From: Octopus vulgaris
Lineage: Eukaryota
DNA length: 64,000 nt
Assembly: GCA_951406725.2 (NCBI GenBank)
Contig: OX597820.1
Location: forward strand, 74,214,001-74,278,000
Direction: 5' to 3'
Shown: in pieces, positions 26,551 through 39,056 of the stretch
Position numbering within the stretch: the stretch's first letter is position 1
How the letters are laid out: every line of letters starts with the position of its first letter
Translations under genes and position numbers: made by a program
Notes under the pieces: generated by a model
Databases searched by the model: none
The model's input: the letters and a program-made list of their open reading frames with translations, nothing else
What the model was told of the DNA's origin: nothing

Positions 26551-26697
26551 GTGTGTATGTGTGTGTGTGTGTACTTATGTATGCGTACTAACAATACCAT
26601 GTTGGTGATGTTGAAATTCCACTGAAGGAGCCTTGGTCCTAGGTTAGAAACCGGTTCTTTCTCTATTGGCAACAAATCTTGAAATAAAGCTGAATAA

Positions 26698-26700
<3 letters not shown>
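26405..26700. repeat. Two tandem units of a ~190-bp microsatellite-containing repeat
   Basis: gatgttgaaattcca...ggagccttgg.tc.taggttagaaa.cg..tcttt.tctatt...aaatcttgaaataaa occurs at about 26418 and about 26607. An inverted copy lies at about 32258-32670. Confidence 0.85.
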
Positions 26701-26747
<47 letters not shown>

Positions 26748-26787
26748 TTATTCAGCTTTATTTCAAGATTTGTTACCAATAGAGAAA

Positions 26788-28413
26788 ACCCCCCCCCTCA
26801 CCGCCACCAACCTCATCGTCCGCACACCCGCACCTCCACCATCTACTTCCTTCCCAAGATCCATAAACCCTCTAACCCTGGCCGTCCCATAGTCTCTGCC
26901 TGTAATTGCCCCACTGAACTCATCTCCCTATACCTCGACCGCATCCTGTCCCCCCTAGTCGCAGCCCTCCCATCCCACATACACGACACCAACCACGCCC
27001 TCCGTCTCTTCAATTCCTTTTCCTTCCCTTCCAGCCCCTCACACCTCCTCTTCACCTTAGATGTAAAATCCCTGTACACAGTGATTCCCCACAATGACGG
27101 TCTCCTAGCCCTCCAACACTTCCTCGACCGTCGTCCCGACCCCACCCCCAGCACCCCCACCCTTCTCCGTTTGGCTGAGCTCGTCCTCACCCTCAATTGC
27201 TTCACGTTCGCCGGGGAAACGTACCAACAGGTGTCCGGGGTCGCGATGGGAACTAGGATGGGCCCCAATTTCGCCAATCTCTTTCTTGGCTACATTGAGG
27301 CCCAAGTGTTCTCCCAGTTCTCTGGGCCGACCCCCGAACTATACGGTCGCTATATCGACGACTGTGTAGGTGCCACCTCCCTTTCCCGGGAACGTCTCGG
27401 CCAATTCATCTCTTTCCTTTCCAACTTTCACCCCTCTCTTCAATTCACCTCCACCATCTCCAACACCTCTGTCAACTTCCTTGACATCTCTCTCCGCATC
27501 GATCACCCCTCCAGCTCTCTCACCACCACCGCCTTCTTTAAACCTACGGATTCCCACCTCTATCTCAACTTCTCTTCCTCCCACCCCTTCCACACCAAAC
27601 GAGCCATCCCCTACTCCCAGTTCCTCCGCCTCCGACGTTTGTGCAGCCGCGACCAGGATTTCGAGACCCAATCTCAATACCTGGCCCGCATGTTCAGACT
27701 CCGAGGTTACCCACCCACACTCCTCTCTGATGCCCTCACCCGCGCCCGTCGCATCGACCGCACTACCGCCTTGTCTCCTTCCCCCGCCCACCCCCCAACC
27801 GCACCCCCTTCCCCCTCCTTTTCCACCCCTCTACCCTACCCCTTCGTCGCAAGATACTACGTGCCTTCCGTCGCCTCCAGCTTGATCCCACCACCCGCCC
27901 CATTTTCCCTAACCCACCCCTGTCCTCTTTCAAACGAGCCCGCAATCTGCGTGACCTCCTGGTCCACAGCACCCTCTCCCCTTCCCCCTCAGCCCCACAC
28001 GGATCATTCCCTTGCTCTAGATCCCGCTGCAACACTTGCCCCTTCATCACCAACACCACCGCTGTCACCGGCTCCAACATGCATACTGTACGCATTAGGC
28101 ACTCTTTTACGTGCACCTCGTCTGGCCTTATTTACTGCATTAAATGCAACCTATGCGGGATGCTGTATGTAGGTCAGACGGGACGCCGGTTGTCCGACCG
28201 TTTCACTGAACACTTGAGGGACGTTCGCCTACACTCTTTTCTCCCGTCGCACGCCACTTCCGCTCGGCCGGCCATTCCCGAGATGACATCTCAGTGTTTG
28301 GTCTCGCCCCCCACAATGGTCGCCCACTTTCCAGGCTCCACTTGGAGCAACGCTACATCTTCACCCTACAAACTACCACCCCACACGGACTTAACACAGC
28401 CCCCTCCTCTTGA
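26788..28413 (+). pseudogene. Penelope-like reverse transcriptase + GIY-YIG endonuclease (two frameshifts, N-terminus missing)
   Basis: RT motifs: YFLPKIHKPSNPGRPIVS, TLDVKSLYT, GVAMGTRMGPNFANLF, RYIDD, NFLD, KPTD..YLNFSSSHP, IPYSQFLRLRRLCS. After a shift near 27800: RNLRDLLVHS, CSRSRCNTC, FTCTSSGLIYCIKCNLCGMLYVGQTGRRLSDRFTEH. After a shift near 28240: PVARHF...LEQRYIFTLQTTTPHGLN, stop TGA at 28411-28413. The first ~30 aa of track ORF 26697 come from (TA)n and the fold-back arm. Confidence 0.95.
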
Positions 28414-28417
28414 GACC

Positions 28418-28452
<35 letters not shown>

Positions 28453-28454
28453 CC

Positions 28455-31130
28455 GGACACACCACCCACACACACACACCCACCTACCTCCCACCCACCT
28501 ACCTCCCACCCACCTACCTACCTCCCACACGCCTGTTCACACACACACACATACGTAGACCCATCTACACATTTAATCACACACACTTACAGACACACAT
28601 GCACATACACACACACATACATACACACACGCATACATACTTACACACACACACACACAGACATACATACACACATACACACACACATACATACGCACAT
28701 ACATACACACACACTCACACACACACACCGCACGTACATACCTCACACACACACATGCACACATACATGTAGGCACATACATACATACATACCCACACAT
28801 GCACACCCGTACACTGAATGCACACACACATACACCTTTTTGCATCCAGGCAGCCCCCCCTCTTTTCTGCTTTCCGGTTTTGGCTGATGGATCCTCGGTT
28901 CCCGCGTAGCGGGGCGTTCGAGGCCTTTGCGCTCGCGCGCCTTGGCGCGCGCTGGGGCTCGGTCGGCCCCTTTGGGCTTGCGTTGCACTGCTTGTGCGTT
29001 GTGTGCGTGAGCGCGCTTCGTGTGTGTGGGCTTGCTTCGGATGTGCGCTTGCGTATGTTTGCATACATACCCACACACTCGCATGCATCCCTACCCACAT
29101 ACATACACGCACACCTACTCACACACACACATACACACACACACATACCCGCACACACACACACATACATACATACACACACATACCCACTTCAGACATA
29201 CACACACACAGACATACACCCATACACCCACACTCACACGCATACACACACACACATACACACGCACACGTACACATACACACACACACACCCACATACA
29301 TACATTACACTTGTATACGCACACACTTACATTCATACACACACACACCTACACAGCCATACCCTCACTCAGACACACACATCTACCTACACACACACAA
29401 ACACACACTGACACACACCCATATATAGATACATCTACACACTCACGCCTACACACACACATACACACATACATAAACACACACACATACACATACACAC
29501 ACATACGCACACACGCATATACTTATACACATGCACACACACACACATACATACACCCATATACATACACACACACATACCTACATACTCCTATACGCAC
29601 ATACATACACACATACACACACTCACACAAACATACACACACACATACTTACACACACACTCACCTGCACGCGCACACACATGCATGACAAACACTCATA
29701 CACTCACACTCACATACGCACACACCAACATAAACACGCACACGCACACACACACCTACACTCCCACACACATACACACGCACCTACATACACACACGCA
29801 CGCATACACACGCATACACACATACATTACACACGTACACACACACCTACATACACATGCACACACACACACACACAAACATGCACGGACACACCCAGAC
29901 ATACATACATACACCTATATACACACGCCTACACACCTACATACACACACATATACACACGCCCACACAGCTACATACACACACATACATACACACATAC
30001 ACGGACACACCCATACATACTTACATACATACACCTATACACACACGCCTACACACCTACACACACACATGCACACACACACACATGTACGCACATACAC
30101 ACACATATACGCACACACATATATACCCACACACATGCACACACACACACATACGCACATACATGCACGCATGCACACGCGCACACCTACACGCATACAC
30201 ACACACACACGCACGTACACATACATACATACACACACGCATACATACACCCATACACATACATGCATCCTACACACACATACATACACACTCACACATA
30301 CATACACACACACGCACTCACTCACACACCTGTATGTTCGCGCACACACATGCACATACACACACTTCCCCACACCCACACGTACATACATACACACTCA
30401 TACACACATACACACACACACACACACAGGACATACATCTATGCACACACATATATACACACATACTCACATACATTCATCGGACACACTGCCACCCAGA
30501 CATACACACAGACACACTCACACATCCACACGCACACATACGTACGCGCACACTCGCAGGCTCGCGCACACACGCGTTTGCGCCGGTTCGCGCACGCATG
30601 CGCCCGCATGCACCTCGCCCTTGGATCCGACGAGACCTCCCGCCCGTTCCTGGGATGTCGCGTGTCGTTGGGTTTTCCCACGCCCGTCTCCGCGGGACCA
30701 CTCCTCCATCTTCCCCTCCGCTGGAGTCCTTTTCCTAAACCCCCCCCCCCTTTTTTTTCGTTACACACACGCGCACACATATACACACATTGCTTAAACA
30801 TATACCTCACTCTTACACACATTCAATCTACTCGCCACTAATACTACCACGACACTGGACACACACACACACTACCACTCAACACACGCTGGCACGCTAC
30901 ATACGCCCCCACCCCTTCCCCTCCCTCCCTTCCTCCTTCCTCCCTTTTCTCACTACTGACCTTTGTCTGCTATGCTGCTGCTATGCTGACCACCGTCTCG
31001 CCCTACCTCACACGCCTACACACAGACGCACACACTAACACATACATATATTTTTTGTTTTTTTACCTCGCCTCACACACACACATACACACACGCACAC
31101 GCACACACTCACACATACACACACATCTGT
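28455..31130. repeat. Degenerate (CA/TACA)-rich tract interrupted by two GC-rich islands
   Basis: About 2.7 kb of cryptic CA repeat, with islands at about 28835-29060 and 30545-30760. Confidence 0.9.
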
Positions 31131-31293
31131 TGCGTTACCAACCTTGTCTCCACTCTTTTGCCTTTAAAAACCCACTTTGCTCTTGTTATCGTAAACATCC
31201 GCCTTTCACCATGTGCTTCTGCTAACACCAGCCGTTTTTTTCTCTATCTCCGTTGCCCGCTCCGGGATCTTTCTTTCCTCTCTCTTCCTTCTT

Positions 31294-31330
31294 TATGTTT
31301 CCGACGAAGAGCTCCGCTCGAAACGTCATA
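31294..31330 (+). ncRNA. Hammerhead-like motif at the Penelope 3' terminus (U4C core variant)
   Basis: CCGACGA-A-GAGC(ucc)GCUC-GAAAC-GUC, with a palindromic ACGU stem III. Confidence 0.65.
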
Positions 31331-31417
31331 CCTTCCTGCTTCCATTTCCTGAGCGCCTATTAATAATAATACTGTAATTGTTCCCTTGTTGTTGTTTTTT
31401 TGTTTCCCGTTTGGATT

Positions 31418-31480
<63 letters not shown>

Positions 31481-31481
<1 letters not shown>

Positions 31482-31588
31482 ATAGAGTAGTGGTATGTGT
31501 GTGTGTGTGTGTATGTGTGTATAGAGTAGTGGTATGTGTGTGTGTGTGTGTATGTGTGTATAGAGTAGTGGTATGTGTGTGTGTGTGA
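31481..31588. repeat. Three ~39-bp tandem units
   Basis: tatagagtagtggtatg(tg)n repeated three times. Confidence 0.9.
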
Positions 31589-32287
31589 GTACTTATGTAT
31601 GCGTACTAGTAATATTGATTTAATCGAGACTTGAAGTTTCGCATTCAACAGTTTATTGGAGTAGACCATCAAAGATGACAATGCACGAGTTGCTTCGTTT
31701 GGGGGTTTCGCTAACTCTATTCCGCGACACATCGTTATTCTTCTTGCTACTGTAGCTGTTGTTGTTGTTGTTGATGTAGCTACTGCTACTGCTGCTATTA
31801 ATTTTCATACGTCAACAACATCTGTTGTATTGTGTGGCAGGAGATGACTGTGGGAGACAGTCGCTACTTCAATATATCCGTCAACTTTTCTCTTTTTCTG
31901 ATTGGTTCGACAAAAGCGATGCCGAAATTGTTTCTCCGTTGAAAAAAAATTCTCATTGCTTTAAAATCATGCCTCGTAGGGCGAGTAAAATGCAAGGGAT
32001 TATCAGCCTCCTTTAGTTCTGGGCATCTCAGAAACTATAAATAAATATTGTTCTGAAATTTTGGCAAAAGGCTAGATATATTTTAGGGATAAGTCGATTA
32101 CATGAACCTCAGTTTCTACTGGTATTTTTCTAGGTTGTCTTCTATGAGAATATGAATGTATGTATGTATATATGTTTGCATGTGTGAGTGTTTGTGTGTG
32201 CGTGTGTGGGTATGTATATAAGTATGTATGTTATCTAAGTATAAGTGTATGCCACTGCTGAGTTTTATTTCAAGATTCCTTGCCATA

Positions 32288-32602
32288 GGCGAAGGAGTGG
32301 CTGTGTGGTAAGTAGCTTGCTTACCAACCACATGGTTCCGGGTTTAGTCTCACTGCGTGGCACTTTGGGCAAGTGTCTTCTACTATAGCCTATATATGTT
32401 TGTGTGTCTGTGTTTGTCCCCCAACCAACATCGTTTGACAACCGATGCTGGTGTGTTTACGTCCCCGTCACATGGCGGTTCGGCAAGAGAGGCCGATAGA
32501 ATAATTACTAGGCTTACAAAGAATAAGTCCTGAGGTCGATTTGCTCGACTAAAGGCGGTGCTCCAGCATGGCCGCAGTCAAATGACTGGAACAAATAAAA
32601 GA
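32288..32602 (+). mobile_element. SINE family A inserted into the ~190-bp repeat
   Basis: The host repeat ttttatttcaagattccttgcca| resumes |atagagaaagaacctgtttctaaccta after the SINE tail. Confidence 0.85.
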
Positions 32603-32703
32603 ATAGAGAAAGAACCTGTTTCTAACCTAAATCCAAGGCTACTTCATTGGAATTTCAACATCAGGAACAGGTATGTATGTATGTATGTATGTATGTATGT
32701 ATG

Positions 32704-32734
<31 letters not shown>

Positions 32735-33094
32735 GTATGTATGTATGTATGTATGTATGCATGCATGTATTTATGTATATGTGCAGATTTATATGTTTTG
32801 CTTTATGTATATGTTTTCATGCATATATTTGCATGTCTAGACATGCTCATATATATTCAAATGATAAACCTCTGGAAAGTTTTACAGATTTTTACAGTTC
32901 CAGTGATTGATTGAATCTGTAGTCTTTTAATTAGCTTTCTTCTTTCTGGTTTTTGAAAAGCCTAATTTCTCAAGACTGGTATTTAGGCAGTGATTAGGCC
33001 GTGTGTTACATATCCCATATGTATGTATGTATGCATGTATGTATGTATGTATGTATGTATGTATGTATGTATGTATGTATGTATATGTAATTTC

Positions 33095-33610
33095 GGGGAA
33101 AAGTTAAGTCGATTATATCAACCTCAGTGCACAACTAATATTCATTTTATGGATCTCGAAAGGATATAAGGCAAAGTCGACCTCGGCCGAATTAGAATTC
33201 AGAACGTGAAGACGGACGAAATACCGCTAAGCTTTTCGCCTGGGGTGCTAACAACTGTGGCAGCTCACCGCCTTTATAACAATGATAATAATAATAAGAA
33301 TAAGAAAAAAGAATGAGGCGTCATTTAATACGTCTATGATATGCTATTATCGAGTTTACCACTGGTCTGGTACTTTGTGATATGAACTCCGGAAGAAATG
33401 AGAAAGTAAAGTTCATCTAGGAGTGATTTGAACACAAATGATATTGATGACATCGTTGAGGAAATTGGTAAGACCCGTCTCAAATTTTGGCTCAAGGCCA
33501 GCAAATTTGATAAGCGGGAGGAAGCCGATTAGATCGACTCCATTGCTCATCCAGGACTTATTTTTATCGATTCTCAAAAGGATAAAAGGCGATGTCGACC
33601 TCAGCGAAAT
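33095..33610 (-). mobile_element. Diverged SINE family C copies
   Basis: gaaaggatataaggcaaagtcgacctcggc...cagaacgtgaagacggacgaaataccgctaagc (33158-33235), and a second fragment at about 33480-33610. Others lie at about 25095-25245 and 39200-39660. Confidence 0.75.
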
Positions 33611-34578
33611 TGATAATAGTGGTAGACATATTGTGATACAGAAAATTTAGAAAAGAACAAACAAACAAAAAACAAAAAGAAGAGTTTCTCACAATGTTAA
33701 TGTTAAAAGGAAAGTTGAGAAACCTTTTTATATTTCAAGCACGAAAACCCATCATCAGTTTAGAAATATGAGTTTATCTGGATTCAGCCATTTAGATGAT
33801 GATGATGATGATGATGATGTCGAAAATGACAGTTTCAAGTTAAAGCACAGTCCCCACCCGCCATGACAAAAACAACAACAACAACAAAACAAAACAAGAA
33901 ACATCCTAGAGGAAGAAATTAGATTTGAAGAAGAAAATAAATAAAGACAGAGAGAAAAGTTAGGAAGGAAGCAGAAGGGTTAAGAGGATGCTGGTGTCAG
34001 CAAATAAGGAATCTCCAGCTGCTTTCTATTTAAGATTGGGCGAGAAAATGCAATGGTCATTACTTGGTATATGAAGTTGAAATTGAGTCTGCGGCGCCAG
34101 TTGGCTGTTTATAATCTATGGAGAATCAATTCAGACCTTTAGTACTGCACAGTTGTACAGTTGCACAGATAATGGCTACCAATGCTGAGTCAGTGTGAAG
34201 AATGGAAGAATGGCAGGCTAGTTATTGTAGAAGAAATTGCTTCAATCATCTTACCAATATGGCTGAACATAAGAGAAACTTGCACTCGTGTTCTTGTATA
34301 TCAAATATGCATGTATCTATCGTAATATACATACATGCACACATGGGCATAAAGACGCATGTTGTGTGTGTGTGTGTGTGTGTGTTTTCTTTATTCTTCT
34401 ATTCTTTTACTTGTTTCAGTCATTTGACTGCTGCCATGCTGGAGCAGCGCCTTTTAATCGAACAAATCGACCGTATGGTTGGGAAGCAAGCTTCTCACCA
34501 CACAGCCACACCTGTATATATTATATGTGTGTGTTTATACTTATATATGTACATATGTATACATATATATATACATAT

Positions 34579-34675
<97 letters not shown>

Positions 34676-34988
34676 TGTATTACAAGCACACACACATATA
34701 CATACGAGCCTGCATTTTTCCATACAGTTTTCAATACGTATATACAGGCGGATATAATTATACGTATGCGCAAATACATATATAAATCTGCCTTTATATG
34801 TATGGTTATATACATATACATATATTCATTTGTCTGACGCATACATACATGTATGCATACGTATACACACACACACGCGCGCACATATGTAACATTTAAA
34901 TGTAGATATGCATGTGTGTATATAATTATATATATAGATGTGTAATACCAGCGATTATAATTATTTTTATTTTATCGCAATTTGATTT

Positions 34989-35043
<55 letters not shown>

Positions 35044-35175
35044 CACATATATACATATATATAGATACACACATGTATTTGTATATATGCATACACATAT
35101 ATATGAATATGTATTCATATACATAATACATACATACACACACACACTCATATATATATATATATATATATATTT

Positions 35176-35485
35176 ATACAAAATTAAGAGGAATAACCAC
35201 TAAAGTGGACACCTAATATGCTAAACATAGACGTCAAATCGCCATTACCACGAAGAATGTGTTCTCAAGAAAAATCTCAGCAAAACGCCAAAATGTAAAA
35301 ATGAGCAAAACAAATGAAAATATACGAAGTAAAAAACGATTACCTACGTACCAGTTTGGCGATTTGCTGAGATTTTTTCTTGAGAACACATTCTTCGTGG
35401 TCTGACGCGTATGTTTAGCATATTTGACGGCTATGTTTAGCATATTATGTGTCCACTTTAGTGGTCATTCCTCTTAATTTTGTAT
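35176..35485. repeat. Long inverted repeat (about 120-bp arms) abutting (TA)n
   Basis: tacaaaattaagaggaataaccactaaagtggacac...ccacgaagaatgtgttctcaagaaaaatctcagcaaa pairs with tttgctgagattttttcttgagaacacattcttcgtgg...gtgtccactttagtggtcattcctcttaattttgta. Confidence 0.93.
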
Positions 35486-36079
35486 GTAACAGAATTTTTA
35501 ATTTTTGAATTTTTAAATATGCTAAGCCGCTGGCTTTAATTGATTAATATCAATTTCTATCCTTATTTAATTTATCTATCTATATATGTATATGTTTATA
35601 TGTATGTATATATGTGTATGTGTGTGTGGGTGTGGGTGTGGGTGTGTGTGTGTGATTCACATTAAATCTCTATAAACCCCAATTAGTGACGGAAACAATT
35701 TTTAGTTTGCAAAATAACGAAAAAAAGAAATCTCTTCGTTGTGCAATCAAGATTTAATTCAAAGTTTATGCGTCTTCAGTACATTTATGTACAGAATTAA
35801 GATACGATGTTTTGGCAAGTGAAGAAAAAATAGTGCAAAAGTTTAAATCGTTCACGAACTTTGATGCAACATGATGCAAAATGATGCAACATGAAGCTTG
35901 TTTACTTGATTTGGAGAACAGAAAATAAATTCAGCGTTGCTTAATCTGGGACAAAGTTTCATTCTATGTGATACATATATGTATGTAAGTATATATGTAT
36001 GCATTTATGCATGTATGCTTTTATGTATGTATGCATTTATGTATGTATGCATGTGTTTATATATGTATGTATATGTGTG

Positions 36080-36113
<34 letters not shown>

Positions 36114-36524
36114 CAGAAAGAGAGAGAGAGAGAGACAGGGAGTTGAATGGATAATTAGTATACATATAGTATGTATATTATATACAATTATATATATTAT
36201 ATATATATAATTATATATGTAGTATATTCAATGTATAACGTTATATATATATACATGGGTGTGTATATATAGCATATATATGTATAACACAAACACACAC
36301 ACACGCACACACACACACACATATATGTCATATCATATATCATATGTTGCTTTATATACATATATTCTATATATGATATATATTATTTATACACTCGTAT
36401 ATACATATGTGTTTGGGTTTGTGTGTATAATTTACAAAATGCGATGTATTTGATTTGAAAGAAACGCATTCTTATATAAGTAAATATATCCATCCTCTAA
36501 TGCATTATACATACACCCATATAA

Positions 36525-36642
<118 letters not shown>

Positions 36643-37879
36643 TATATACATATATAAACATAATATAATTTCACAAGTATATTTGTATACACACATAGAC
36701 CACATAGACACAAATACGTATACATATACATACATATGTATGCACACACGCAGATACCCCCCACACACACACACACGTGTGTGTGTGTGTGTGTGTGCGT
36801 GTATGTGTAATTCTTCCTGCATTTCCGCCCATCTAAGCATTCCACCAACGCTTTAGTTATCTCTGAAACTTTTCATCAATTATCGATTTATCACAGCATC
36901 CTCCTTCTCTCCATTATGCCATCCCATCCAGTCCCTCAATCACTTCAAACTATACAACAATCCATCAAACTATCCGTTACTCCACCGCTCCATACTCGTA
37001 CAACACCGCATCTAGTGAACCATGCAATCATCTTTTGAAGAACCACTACTAATCTATTCAGTGAACCATTCATTTCATCTCTGTTCCCACTTGACACGGA
37101 GCTACATAACTAATCATCCATCCATCCATCCAGCTGTCCACCCTTCCACCCATCCACCCATCTAATATATACACTCATACATCAACCTCTGCATCTGCCG
37201 ATCAAAGGCCGATTTGCCTTCTCTATCTGCGCACACCTAATTCCTTCCACCCGTCAACCAGGGCATTCATCTTCTCGCAGCTGACAGAAGATAACTATCA
37301 AAGCTACCAAATAGTAATGTGTACCTCAAGCCCCGAGATGTAGTTACTATATAGTCACTGCGAGAAATAACTGCTAGGCCTCCCTCGAATCACGCCCAGT
37401 CGTCTTTAAAAAGAGGACGCATGGCTATGATATCAGGTTCGCCCTTCAACTGCAGTGGACTTTCATCTACACAAGGACGACAACAATATGAACAAGAACA
37501 ACACACGCATATGAACCTCTCTGTCCTTCCTCAATCGTCTACACAACAATCTAGATACTTATCGGCGTTGGGTTAACTAATTAGCAAAAGAAACATATGC
37601 TTAGGGCATCAAGCGAAGGAGGGCACCACAGAAATGGTAAATGGTTTACGGTACGAAAGAAATCACATTAAGCTTGCTAAAATAAAATTCGAAGTGATTT
37701 ATATGATCGGGAATATACTTTCGAAGTGTTCATGCTGTCTGTCACAATGAGGACCTGATCAAAGACTTTGCAATTAAAAAAAAAGTTGGAGAAAACTTCA
37801 AATATATAATAGGAGTATACAAAAATGAACATTATTTTCCATCTTACAGTTAGTTTTGTTTCATTTTGAAAAATGAAAC

Positions 37880-39056
37880 ATTAGCACGCCGGGCGAAATG
37901 CTTAGCGGTATTTCGTCTGTCTTTACGTTCTGAGTTCAAATTCCACCGAGGTCGATTTTGCCTTTCATCCTTTCGGGGTCGATAAATTAAGTACCAATTG
38001 TGTACTGGGGTCGATCTAATCAACTGGCCCCCTCCCCCCATATTTCGGACATTGTGCTTAGAGTAGAAAAAAAAAAGTATATATATATGGGCTCACTAAA
38101 AGTTTTTAAGTGCTTAGGCCCTCTATAGGTTTTAATCCGGCCTTGATACCAATACATTGCCGATCTTTATCCATATACATAGATATCCGTCAAACTTTGT
38201 CCTCCATGGTCACTAATGCGCTCATCTAACAAAAAACCCTAATTATTCTTCCACTCAATCAACAAGACAACCCTCCAACAACCTTGCTTCTCCTATGACC
38301 ATCGAAGAAGACATACCTTGAATCACGTAACCACCTCCTCTTCCCAGTCGAGAAGGTATTCCTTGGGCCACCTTTGTATTCGCCCTTTCAGCCAAAACGT
38401 AATCCCATCGTAATCATACGGCTACTCATCCACCAAACCAACGTGACACCTCCCTCAACCATCTACGCTATGATCCATCCAATCAGCACTTCCAAACACA
38501 GAACTGCTCATCTACCCAGCTGAAGGGCAGTCCACCAGTTATTCAATCACTCTCTCACCCAATCAACAGGACATCTCTCCATATACTTATCCATGCGTCA
38601 ACGCAGCCAAGGAATTATTCCAGCCTGTGAAAACCAAGACAGCATTTCGAGTTCCAAAACGTTTGTTAACTGGATAATGTAACTGTTATGTAATATACGA
38701 AGCTGGTTAAGCAAAAATGAGGTAAGAGAAATATCTCTCTGTGGCCAGTGGCATGTGCTTGACCAACATAGACAAATACAGGTATATCAAACACCATAGA
38801 ACATAAATTTATGATTTATTAGAAATATTTTTGCCTTTATGATATAACAAGGACAAATATTTGATTGTGTTGATCGCTGCTTATACACGGGTGCAGCACG
38901 CCGGGCGAAGTGCTTCGCGGTATTTCGCCCGTCACTACGTTCTGAGTTCAAATTCCGCCGAGGTCGACTTTGCCTTTCATCCTTTCGGGGTCGATAAATT
39001 AAGTACCAGTTACGCACTGGGATCGATGTAATCGACTTAATCCGTTTGTCTGTCCT
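37880..39056 (+). mobile_element. Two SINE family C copies (about 37880-38070 and 38895-39056)
   Basis: Both contain gcacgccgggcgaa...gttctgagttcaaattcc..gaggtcga.tttgcctttcatcctttcggggtcgataaattaagtacc. The sequence between them is not part of either copy. Confidence 0.85.

Larger units (their letters stand above)
26788..31422 (+). mobile_element. Penelope-like retroelement (Neptune-like), 5'-truncated, inserted in (TA)n
   Basis: RT and GIY-YIG coding region, a ~2.7-kb CA-rich tract, and a terminal segment with a hammerhead motif. (TA)n lies on both sides. Including the CA tract in the element is an inference. Confidence 0.85.

Noticed and set aside
26697-28172. The 491-aa ORF as an intact RT gene
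   Set aside because: Its start lies in (TA)n and fold-back host DNA, the true N-terminus is missing, and the last ~125 aa are out of frame. Frameshifts from sequencing error cannot be excluded.
28411-29060. Selenocysteine read-through (TGA plus SECIS), as in some Penelope-like clades
   Set aside because: No in-frame TGA was seen within the conserved RT/EN domains, and no SECIS core was recognised in the GC island.
33730-33760. Hammerhead-like CUGAUGA...GAAA on the minus strand (a similar case at about 50940-50965)
   Set aside because: The stems do not close convincingly; these are decayed copies at best and are not counted.
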